64,000 bases of DNA from NCBI GenBank assembly GCA_963749075.1, contig CAVVLJ010000016.1:1088001-1152000 (forward strand), written 5' to 3'. Origin of the DNA: an uncultured Pseudomonadota bacterium (GTDB lineage: Bacteria > Pseudomonadota > Alphaproteobacteria > JACZXZ01). The notes under the pieces are model-generated. The model saw only the letters and a list, made by a program, of their open reading frames with translations, was not told where the DNA came from and did no database searches. The position numbers and the translations under genes are program-made. Numbering within the stretch: the stretch's first letter is position 1; every line of letters begins with the position of its first letter. Shown here one piece after another: positions 54,898 to 64,000 of this stretch.

Positions 54898-55309
54898 GAT
54901 CGGCTCGCTCCGCGAGTTCGCCGAGTGGACCAAGCGCATCGTGCGCGATCCGGCCGCTGCCGGAATAACGCCGAAGAGGTGGTTCAACAGCGAGGCGACA
55001 GCGCAGTCCGCCGCGGCCGAGCAAGTGTCGGCCGAAGCCATGGTCAAGTTGCTGTCCGCGGGTAATCTCGCCGTCCTCGATGCGATCCGCCGCCACAAGC
55101 CAGCGTCGTTGCGCGAGCTCGCGGCGCTCACGGGTCGCAAGGAAGCCAGCCTTTCGCGCACGCTCAAGCGCTTCGAAGAGCTCGGCATCATTGCCTTTCA
55201 GGACGGACCCCGCCGCACGCGCATCCCGGCGCTCATTGCTCAGCGCGTGCATCTCGAAATCGACCTTACCGGCCACCATAGCGTGGTTGCCGTGGATGGC
55301 TCTCGCTGA
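54869..55309 (+). CDS. winged-HTH putative antitoxin (HVO_A0114/TumA-like)
   Basis: WFNS, KLLS..N..VL.AIR..KPASLRELAALTGRKEASLSRTLKRFEELGII. Confidence 0.78.
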   Translation: MKKASPTTYKIGSLREFAEWTKRIVRDPAAAGITPKRWFNSEATAQSAAAEQVSAEAMVKLLSAGNLAVLDAIRRHKPASLRELAALTGRKEASLSRTLKRFEELGIIAFQDGPRRTRIPALIAQRVHLEIDLTGHHSVVAVDGSR

Positions 55310-55379
55310 ACGGGCTGAGCCGATGCGGGAAATTTGCCCGCGGTAACAACGTGAGCCACAGCACGATTGCGAGGCTCCC

Positions 55380-55817
55380 ATGACGTCGAGTATTGCCGCT
55401 CTAATCGCCATCGCCGGAACGCTTTTAGGGACCCTCGGAAGCCAGGTTATCGCGGCCAGAGCAGCCTTGAGGACAAAGCGGCTCGAACTCTTTTATGCGA
55501 GGAGGGCCGATGCCTATAAGGTGCTCTTCGAGAAGGCGGCAGACTTCGGTGTAGACCCAAAGAACCTATCAAAATTTCTTACGTTTCAAGCAGCCCTGCA
55601 TGCAGCTCTAATTGTTGCGTCGGAGAATGTCGCGGACATCCTAGACAACCCTCGACGTGGCGGCTTGCATGCGAGCGCCCTTAGGCTCCGTTTTGCCGAG
55701 AGCGATGACGATATTCTGCGCATCCAAACGCACGAGTGGCACGAAGGGATGGAAGCCACAAAGAGGGCGATGCGGGCCGATCTTGCTGGCCTTGCAACCG
55801 ACCATCATTGGCTATAA
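55380..55817 (+). CDS. hypothetical protein with N-terminal TM helix
   Basis: IAALIAIAGTLLGTLG then a helical domain; visibly lower GC than neighbours; GAGG upstream. Confidence 0.6.
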   Translation: MTSSIAALIAIAGTLLGTLGSQVIAARAALRTKRLELFYARRADAYKVLFEKAADFGVDPKNLSKFLTFQAALHAALIVASENVADILDNPRRGGLHASALRLRFAESDDDILRIQTHEWHEGMEATKRAMRADLAGLATDHHWL

Positions 55818-55851
55818 CCGGAGCAGACGGCGCACCCTACGCCACAATCCG

Positions 55852-56148
55852 TTACCCCGGTGCGGCGGCGAAGAACTGCTTGACGTGCAGCTTCTTGGCG
55901 CGGCGCTTCGCTTGCCATAGATCGTACGCAAGCTGCATCTGCAACCAATGCTCCGGCGTGCTGCCGAAGGCCTGCGACAGGCGCAGGGCCATCTCCGCCG
56001 TGATGCCGGAGCGCCCGTTGAGGATCGACGAGAGTGTCTTGCGCGTGACGCCCAAGCCCTTGGCCGCCTCGGTGACGCTCAGCCCGAGCGCCTTGAGGCA
56101 GTCCTCCCGGACGATCTCGCCGGGGTGCGGGGGATCGTACATCTCCAT
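55852..56148 (-). CDS. higA: HigA-family antitoxin
   Basis: AAGGAG RBS; [55 protein letters not shown]. Confidence 0.92.
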   Translation of the reverse strand: MEMYDPPHPGEIVREDCLKALGLSVTEAAKGLGVTRKTLSSILNGRSGITAEMALRLSQAFGSTPEHWLQMQLAYDLWQAKRRAKKLHVKQFFAAAPG

Positions 56149-56214
56149 GCGTCTTTTCTCCTTTTCGCCGCGGTAGAGCCGATCCAGCCCTTTATGGCGA
56201 AACCGTATTATCAT
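56149..56214 (-). pseudogene. HigB toxin remnant (first ~16 codons only)
   Basis: [16 protein letters not shown] matches the MIxxFRHKGLxxxY/F start of HigB toxins and then runs straight into the higA RBS. Confidence 0.8.
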
Positions 56215-56224
56215 TTTCGTGTAG

Positions 56225-56243
56225 TGTAACTACTCAGGTTACA
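56225..56243. promoter_or_regulatory. higBA operator inverted repeat
   Basis: TGTAAC-N7-GTTACA overlapping a TACACT -10-like box just upstream of the higB ATG. Confidence 0.65.
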
Positions 56244-56465
56244 AAAGCACGCCCTAAAGGACAACCCCGGGGAGCCTCGAGCCAATGGTATGACCGCTTG
56301 TTAACCGCAATTCCGTTAATCCAACGTTGTGCATTGCGATACCACGGCTTTTCCCTGGCGCCTCGCTTGAAAACGTCACCCTCGCGCGCTACTAGTCAGA
56401 GGGAGAGCGCGGCGGCAGCACCTCGGCCGCGCTTGCTCTTTCGGGAACCAGCCAGGAGTGACGCG

Positions 56466-57473
56466 ATGGCGACCGCCAAGACCACGCGCGGCAAGCCGCG
56501 GGCCGAGAGTGGTGCCGCCGACGAGCTCGTCGATTTCTACCGCCGCATGCTGCTCATCCGCCGCTTCGAGGAGAAGGCCGGGCAGATGTACGGCATGGGG
56601 CTCATCGGCGGCTTCTGCCACCTCTATATCGGCCAGGAGGCGGTGGTGGTCGGCATCATGGCCGCCGCCGAGACCGGCGATGCGGTGATCACGAGCTACC
56701 GCGACCACGGCCACATGCTGGCCTGCGGCATGGACCCCAAGGGGGTCATGGCCGAGCTCACCGGGCGGCGCACCGGCTACTCCAAGGGCAAGGGCGGCTC
56801 GATGCACATGTTCAGCAAGGAGGCCGCCTTCTTCGGCGGGCACGGCATCGTCGGCGCCCAGGTGCCGATCGGCACGGGCCTCGGCTTCGCCTTCCACTAC
56901 CGCGGCGAGGCCAAGGTCTCGCTCACCTTCCTCGGCGACGGTGCCGTCAATCAGGGTCAGGTCGGCGAGGCCTTCAACATGGCCTCCCTCTGGAAGCTCC
57001 CCGTCGTCTATGTCATCGAGAACAACAAGTACGGCATGGGCACCTCGATCGAGCGCGCCTCGGCGCGCACCGACCTCTACCACCGCGGCGTGCCCTACGG
57101 CATTGCCGGCGAGCCGGTGGACGGCATGGACGTGGCGGCCGTCAAGGCGGCGGGCGACAAGGCGCTGGCCTATGCGCGCTCCGGCAAGGGCCCCTACATT
57201 CTCGAGATGAAGACCTACCGCTACCGCGGCCACTCCATGTCCGACCCTGCCAAGTACCGCTCGCGGGAGGAGGTGCAGCGCGTGCGCCAGGAGCGCGACC
57301 CGATCGACCATTTGCGCCAGCGTCTCGAGTCCGAGCACGTCATCGAGGAGGACGGCCTCAAGAAGATCGACCGCGAGGTGAAGGACCAGATCCAGGCGGC
57401 CGCCGACTTCGCGCAACAGAGCCCGGAGCCCGACCCCGCCGAGCTTTATACTGACGTTCTGGCCGAGGCCTGA
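56466..57473 (+). CDS. pdhA: pyruvate dehydrogenase E1 alpha
   Basis: GFCHLYIGQEA, YRDH, GKGGSMH, GDGA, TYRYRGHSMSDP. Confidence 0.97.
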   Translation: MATAKTTRGKPRAESGAADELVDFYRRMLLIRRFEEKAGQMYGMGLIGGFCHLYIGQEAVVVGIMAAAETGDAVITSYRDHGHMLACGMDPKGVMAELTGRRTGYSKGKGGSMHMFSKEAAFFGGHGIVGAQVPIGTGLGFAFHYRGEAKVSLTFLGDGAVNQGQVGEAFNMASLWKLPVVYVIENNKYGMGTSIERASARTDLYHRGVPYGIAGEPVDGMDVAAVKAAGDKALAYARSGKGPYILEMKTYRYRGHSMSDPAKYRSREEVQRVRQERDPIDHLRQRLESEHVIEEDGLKKIDREVKDQIQAAADFAQQSPEPDPAELYTDVLAEA

Positions 57474-57505
57474 GGGCCAAGGTCTGAAGGGAGCGGGAGG
57501 ACGCC

Positions 57506-58894
<1,389 letters not shown>

Positions 58895-58923
58895 GCGGGA
58901 GGCAGCCGAGAGAGGGAAGGGCC

Positions 58924-60313
58924 ATGCCCACAGAAGTTCTGATGCCGGCGCTGTCGCCCACCATGACCGAGGGCAAGCTCGCCAAGTGGCTCAAGAAGGA
59001 AGGCGACGAGGTGCGCGCGGGCGACGTGCTGGCGGAGATCGAGACCGACAAGGCGACCATGGAGGTCGAGGCCGTCGACGAGGGCAAGCTCGGCAGGCTC
59101 CTGGTGGCCGAGGGCACCGAGGGCGTCAAGGTCAATACCCCGATCGCGGTGCTGCTCGGCGAGGGCGAAGACGCGGAGGCGCTCGGCGCCGCACCGCCGC
59201 CGCCCAAGCCCGCAGCCGCGGCACCACCGGCCAAGCCCGCAGCCGCGGCACCACCGGCCAAGCCCGCAGCCGCTCCGGCCGCCGCCCCGGCCCAAACCGC
59301 CCCGGCGCAAGCAGCACCAGCTCCGGCCGCGAAGCCGGCACCGTCCGCGATGGCTGCGGCAGCCGAAAGCGGCAACGGCCATGACCGCGTCTTCGCGAGC
59401 CCGCTCGCGCGGCGCATGGCCCAGCAAGCCGGCCTCGAGCTTGCGGCCTTGCGCGGCAGCGGCCCGCACGGCCGCATCGTCAAGGCGGACATCGAGGCAG
59501 CACTCGGCGCCCCCGCGGCGGCAGCGCCGCGTCCGGCCGCAGCACCTCCGCCGGCAGCTGCCTCCAGGCCGTCACCGCCGCCCGCTGCGGAGCTTCCCGG
59601 AGCCGCACCCTATACCGAGGTGCCGCACAGCTCGATCCGCAAGATCATCGCGCGCCGGCTCACCGAGGCCAAGCAGCAGCAGCCGCACTTCTACCTCACG
59701 CTCGACTGCGAGATCGACGCGCTCCTCAAGCTGCGCCAGGAGCTCAATGCCAAGGCGCCAGAGGAAAAGAGTCCAGGGAAGGGCGGCTACAAGCTCTCGG
59801 TCAATGATTTCGTCATCCGTGCCGTCGCACTCGCCTTGCGCAAGGTCCCGGCGGCCAACGCCTCATGGACGGACGAGGCCGTGCGCCTCTACCAGCGCGC
59901 CGACATCTCGGTCGCGGTCGCCATTCCGAACGGCCTCATCACGCCGATCATCCGCGGCGCCGAGCGCAAGGGGCTCGCCGAGATCTCGAACGAGATGCGC
60001 GAGCTCGCCGGCCGCGCGCGCGAGGGCAAGCTCAAGCCCGAGGAGTTCCAGGGCGGCACCTTCTCGATCTCGAACCTCGGCATGTACGGCATCCGCGAGT
60101 TCGCCGCGGTGCATCAACCCGCCGCAGGGCGCCATCCTCGCCGTCGGCGCCGGCGAGAAGCGCCCGATCGTCAAGGAGGGTGCGCTTGCCATCGCAACCG
60201 TGATGAGCTGCACGCTCTCGGTCGATCACCGCGTCATCGACGGCGTCATCGGCGCCGAGTTCTTCGCCGCCTTCAAAAGGCTCATCGAGGACCCGCTCAC
60301 GATGCTGCTGTGA
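58924..60313 (+). CDS. pdhC: dihydrolipoamide acetyltransferase E2; +1 frameshift at ~60111
   Basis: Lipoyl ETDKA, ASPLARR..GSGPHGRI, ISNLGM; next frame INPPQGAIL...SVDHRVIDG. Confidence 0.93.
59204..59272 (+). repeat. 27-bp tandem repeat in the pdhC linker (KPAAAAPPA)
   Basis: ccaagcccgcagccgcggcaccaccgg, about 2.5 copies. Confidence 0.8.
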
Positions 60314-60322
60314 GGGTGCATC

Positions 60323-61723
60323 ATGGCTGAGACAGCCTTCGACATCGTCATCGTGGGCGGCGGGCCGGGCGGCTACGTGGCCGCCATCCGCGCGGCCCAG
60401 CTCGGCATGAAGGCCGCCGTGGTGGAGCGCGAGGATTTGGGCGGCATCTGCCTCAACTGGGGCTGCATTCCGACGAAGGCGCTTCTGCGCTCGGCCGAGG
60501 TCTATCACCTGGCCAAGCGCGCCGACGAGTTCGGCATCACCGTAGAAGGCGTCGCCTACGACGCCAAGAAGATCGTCGAGCGCTCGCGGAAAGTCGCGGA
60601 CCGGCTGTCGTCCGGGGTCAAGTTTCTCTTGAAGAAGAACAAGGTCCCGGTGTTCGACGGCCACGGCAGGCTCGCCGGCCGCGGCAAGCTCGCGGTGGCG
60701 AAGGACGGCAAACCCGTGGCCGAGCTCTCCGCCAGGCACATCGTGCTGGCGACGGGCGCCAGGGCGCGCTCGCTTCCCGGCCTCGAGCCGGACGGCAAGC
60801 TCGTCTGGACCTACAAGGAGGCCATGGTGCCGCCGGCGCTGCCGAAGTCGCTCCTGGTCATCGGCTCGGGCGCCATCGGCATCGAGTTCGCGAGCTTCTA
60901 CCGCACGCTCGGCTCAGCCGTGAGCGTGGTCGAGGTGCTGCCCCGCATCCTTCCCGTCGAGGACGAGGAGATCTCCGCCTTCGCGCTCAAGGCCTTCGAG
61001 AAGCAGGGCATGAAGATCTTCACCTCTGCCACGGTCAAGGGCCTCAAGAGGGGCGCCGACAGCGTGACCGCGACCATCGAGGCCGAGGGCAAGACGCGCG
61101 AGGAGAGCTTCGAGCGGGTCATCCTCGCCGTCGGCATTGCCGGCAACGTGGAGGATATCGGCTTAGACGGCACCAAGGCGAAGGTCGAGAAGAGCCATGT
61201 GGTGGTGAACGAGTGGCTGGAGACCGGCGAGCCGGGCGTCTATGCCATCGGCGATCTCGTGGGGCCGCCCTGGCTCGCGCACAAGGCGAGCCACGAGGGC
61301 GTCGTCTGCGTCGAGAAGATCGCGGGCTTGAATGACGTGCACCCGCTCGACACCACGAACGTCCCGGGCTGCACCTATTGCATGCCGCAGGTGGCGAGCG
61401 TGGGGCTCTCCGAGGCCGCGGCCAAGGCCAAGGGCCATCAGGTCAAGGTCGGCCATTTCCCCTTCGTGGGCAACGGCAAGGCGATCGCACTCGGCGAGCT
61501 CGAAGGCATGGTCAAGACCGTGTTCGACGCCAAGACCGGCGAGCTCCTCGGCGCCCACATGATCGGCGCCGAGGTGACCGAGCTCATCCAGGGCTTCGCC
61601 GTCGCCAAGACGCTCGAATCGACCGAGGCCGAGCTCATGCACGCCATTTTCCCGCACCCGACCTTGAGCGAGATGATGCACGAGGCCGTGCTTGACGCCT
61701 ACGGCCGGGCCATCCATTTCTAA
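60323..61723 (+). CDS. lpdA: dihydrolipoamide dehydrogenase
   Basis: GGGPGGY, GGICLNWGCIPTK, GSGAIG, HPTLSE. Confidence 0.97.
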   Translation: MAETAFDIVIVGGGPGGYVAAIRAAQLGMKAAVVEREDLGGICLNWGCIPTKALLRSAEVYHLAKRADEFGITVEGVAYDAKKIVERSRKVADRLSSGVKFLLKKNKVPVFDGHGRLAGRGKLAVAKDGKPVAELSARHIVLATGARARSLPGLEPDGKLVWTYKEAMVPPALPKSLLVIGSGAIGIEFASFYRTLGSAVSVVEVLPRILPVEDEEISAFALKAFEKQGMKIFTSATVKGLKRGADSVTATIEAEGKTREESFERVILAVGIAGNVEDIGLDGTKAKVEKSHVVVNEWLETGEPGVYAIGDLVGPPWLAHKASHEGVVCVEKIAGLNDVHPLDTTNVPGCTYCMPQVASVGLSEAAAKAKGHQVKVGHFPFVGNGKAIALGELEGMVKTVFDAKTGELLGAHMIGAEVTELIQGFAVAKTLESTEAELMHAIFPHPTLSEMMHEAVLDAYGRAIHF

Positions 61724-61750
61724 GGCCTGGAATCATTGATGCACAGCACA

Positions 61751-61800
61751 ACCCCCCTCCCTAACCCTCCGCCTCAAGGGGGGAGGGTTAGGGAGGGGGT
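61751..61800. repeat. near-perfect 50-bp hairpin, repeat family B, between lpdA and lipA
   Basis: acccccctccctaaccctcc-gcctcaaggg-gggagggttagggagggggt. Confidence 0.85.
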
Positions 61801-61857
61801 GGCGCACGTTTCTGCGATGGTGAGCACCAGACTGTCCTTTGTGGAGTCCCGTTGCCG

Positions 61858-62808
61858 ATGACCGCCGACCCCGCCTTGCTGCGGCCCCGCCATCCCGAGA
61901 AGGTCAGGCGGCCGGATCACCCGATCCCGCGCAAGCCCGAGTGGATCCGCGTGAAGGCGCCGGTCTCGCGCGCCTATCACGAGACGCGCCAGCTCATGCG
62001 CGAGCTGCGTCTCAATACGGTGTGCGAGGAGGCGGCCTGCCCCAACATCGGCGAATGCTGGGCCAAGAAGCACGCGACCGTGATGATTCTCGGCAGCGTC
62101 TGCACGCGCGCCTGCGCCTTCTGCAACGTGGCGACGGGGCTTCCCGGCCCGCTCGACCCGCACGAGCCAGGCCACGTGGGCGAGGCGGCCAAGGGCCTCG
62201 GCCTCTCCCACATCGTGGTGACCTCGGTCGACCGCGACGATCTTCCCGACGGCGGTGCCGCGCATTTCGCGGCGACCATCCGCGCCATCCGCGAGGCGGC
62301 ACCCGCCACCACCATCGAGGTGCTGACGCCCGATTTCCTGCGCAAGACGGGGGCGGCCGAGTGCGTCGTCGCGGCGCGGCCCGACGTCTACAACCACAAC
62401 CTCGAGACCGTGCCGCGCCTTTACCCGACGATCCGGCCGGGTGCTCGCTATTTCGCCTCGCTCCGCCTCCTCCAGCGCGTCAAGGAGCTCGATCCCGCGC
62501 TCTTCACCAAGTCCGGCCTCATGCTCGGCCTCGGCGAGACGAGGGAGGAGGTGCATCAGGTGATGGACGACCTGCGCAGCGCCGACGTGGATTTCCTCAC
62601 CATCGGCCAGTATCTGCAGCCGACCCCAAAGCATGCGCCGATCGCCCGCTTTGCAGCACCCGAGGAGTTCGCGGCACTGGCGTCGATCGCCTACGGCAAG
62701 GGCTTCCTCATGGTGGCGAGCTCGCCGCTGACGCGCTCGTCCTATCACGCGGGCGACGACTTCGCTCGGCTGCGGCAGGCGCGCGACGCCAGGCTCAAGG
62801 CGCTCTGA
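61858..62808 (+). CDS. lipA: lipoyl synthase
   Basis: [32 protein letters not shown]. Confidence 0.97.
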   Translation: MTADPALLRPRHPEKVRRPDHPIPRKPEWIRVKAPVSRAYHETRQLMRELRLNTVCEEAACPNIGECWAKKHATVMILGSVCTRACAFCNVATGLPGPLDPHEPGHVGEAAKGLGLSHIVVTSVDRDDLPDGGAAHFAATIRAIREAAPATTIEVLTPDFLRKTGAAECVVAARPDVYNHNLETVPRLYPTIRPGARYFASLRLLQRVKELDPALFTKSGLMLGLGETREEVHQVMDDLRSADVDFLTIGQYLQPTPKHAPIARFAAPEEFAALASIAYGKGFLMVASSPLTRSSYHAGDDFARLRQARDARLKAL

Positions 62809-62814
62809 CGCGCC

Positions 62815-63264
62815 ATGCCGACCCACGCGGAGCGGCGGCGCCTGCCTTACCGGGCGGATCAGCTTTTCGATCTCGTGGCCGACATCGAGCGCTACCCGGA
62901 ATTCCTGCCCTGGTGCCGCGCCGCGCGCGTCCGCAAGCGCGAGGGCAACGTGCTCATCGCCGACATGGCGATCGGCTGGCGCATGATCAGCGAGCGCTTC
63001 ACCTCGCGCGACGTGCTGCAGCGGCCCGAGCGCATCGATATCACATACGAGCGCGGGCCATTCAAGTATCTCGACAACCACTGGATCTTCGAGGCCCAGG
63101 CCGACGGCAGCTGCATCGTCGATTTCTACGTGGACTTCGAGTTCCACTCGCGCTTCCTGCAGAAGGCGATGATGCTCCTCTTCAACGAGGCGGTGCGCCG
63201 CATGGTGCGGGCCTTCGAGGAGCGCGCGCGCGTGCTCTACGGGGATCGGCGGCCGGCGGCCTAG
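62815..63264 (+). CDS. RatA/Coq10 START-domain protein
   Basis: FDLVADIERYPEFLPWC, ERFTS, GPFKYLDNHW.F, AFEERA; follows lipA as usual. Confidence 0.92.
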   Translation: MPTHAERRRLPYRADQLFDLVADIERYPEFLPWCRAARVRKREGNVLIADMAIGWRMISERFTSRDVLQRPERIDITYERGPFKYLDNHWIFEAQADGSCIVDFYVDFEFHSRFLQKAMMLLFNEAVRRMVRAFEERARVLYGDRRPAA

Positions 63265-63840
63265 TCGGGCGCCTCGGCTCTCGGACGAAATCGGTCCGAT
63301 AGGCACGGCGATACAGATATTTCCTGGATGGAGCAATACAGCCGGTGCGCTGGATTCCGGCTCGATGCGGCGGCGCAGCATGCAGCCGGACGGCCGCCAG
63401 TGAGACACGCGGCTCGTGCAATAGACTGCTTTTTCATGCAATTTTTGCGGCGGAAGGACCGTGCGGCCGCGCACTCTTTTGAATAATATTAAACTGCGCA
63501 TTATTCCAAAAATGAAAGATATTGCAGTGCAATAAGTAAGAAAATCCCCGATTGCCGGCAAATTTCATAAAGAATAGCATAATGTATGGTCTGCATTCAA
63601 GGCGACGCGGCCGCGGGGAACGATGCAATGCTCGGGCTCCGCTGCATAACGTCAGCTGAACGGGTCTTTGCAACTCTGGTGCGATGACCGTCTTCGGTGG
63701 AGAGCTTCATTGTGAAGCCACACGACTTGGTCCATGCCCTGTCGAACGCGCGGCGCCGAGATGCTGCTGACGCGATCCGGCAAACTCCGTCCGCCGGGTC
63801 GACGGGCGGCTCCGGCCTGCCGATCGCGCGGGATTGCGGC

Positions 63841-64000
63841 ATGAGCGAGACCGCCGAATTCGAGGAGCGCTATCGCCGTGCCTTCATCGCTTACGTGAAG
63901 GACCAGGGCGGCGAAGCGCGGCACCTCGCCGCCCACGAGCTGGGCAAGGCGGCGATGGAAGAAGGCCGCAGCGTGCTGGACATGCTCTCGCTGCACCACT
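63841..64000 (+). CDS. RsbU N-terminal-domain signalling protein (runs off the window edge)
   Basis: Not in the ORF track; MSETAEFEERYRRAFIAYVKDQGGEARHLAAHELGKAAMEEGRSVLDMLSLHH fits the Y...Y....E....A.ELG..A...G.S.LD...H pattern of RsbU_N. Confidence 0.65.
   Translation, partial: MSETAEFEERYRRAFIAYVKDQGGEARHLAAHELGKAAMEEGRSVLDMLSLHH

Noticed and set aside
56301-56319. Possible CtrA box before pdhA (TTAA...TTAA)
   Set aside because: Spacing is 11 nt, not the TTAA-N7-TTAA consensus.
62815-63264. RatA as a fifth toxin-antitoxin toxin
   Set aside because: This START-domain family is the Coq10-like ubiquinone-binding protein conserved beside lipA, a housekeeping gene.

Overview
High-GC alphaproteobacterial (Rhodospirillales-like by gene order) chromosome segment, mostly conserved housekeeping synteny: hyfBCEF-hyfG-like (Ehr-type) membrane complex, M23 peptidase-bactofilin, slt/dapA/smpB, udg-NYN/folK-rpoZ-spoT-pdxJ-acpS, gltA-gltX/comEC/lexA-moeA-moaC-trpCDG, yibQ, trpE-ppiD, tpiA-secG-pyrG-kdsA-eno-ftsB-pdhABC-lpdA-lipA-ratA. 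Accessory genes fill the gaps between core genes. They are: an orphan McrB-like AAA+ GTPase with altered catalytic motifs splitting the hyf-like operon; a stand-alone 75-aa Gp5/VgrG OB-fold gene upstream of trpG; four toxin-antitoxin loci (two with deleted toxins, one with a degenerate toxin motif); a small jelly-roll/lectin-like gene; and an archaic chaperone-usher pilus operon. Three families of intergenic palindromic repeats, LexA boxes and PhaR-like boxes are visible. Five +1 frameshifts (mcrB-like, spoT, enoyl-CoA hydratase, trpE, pdhC) all look like two wobble-position alleles merged in a consensus, so they are probably assembly artefacts. No tRNA, rRNA, CRISPR array, integrase or transposase was recognised. 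All family assignments come from motif recognition by eye, not database searches.
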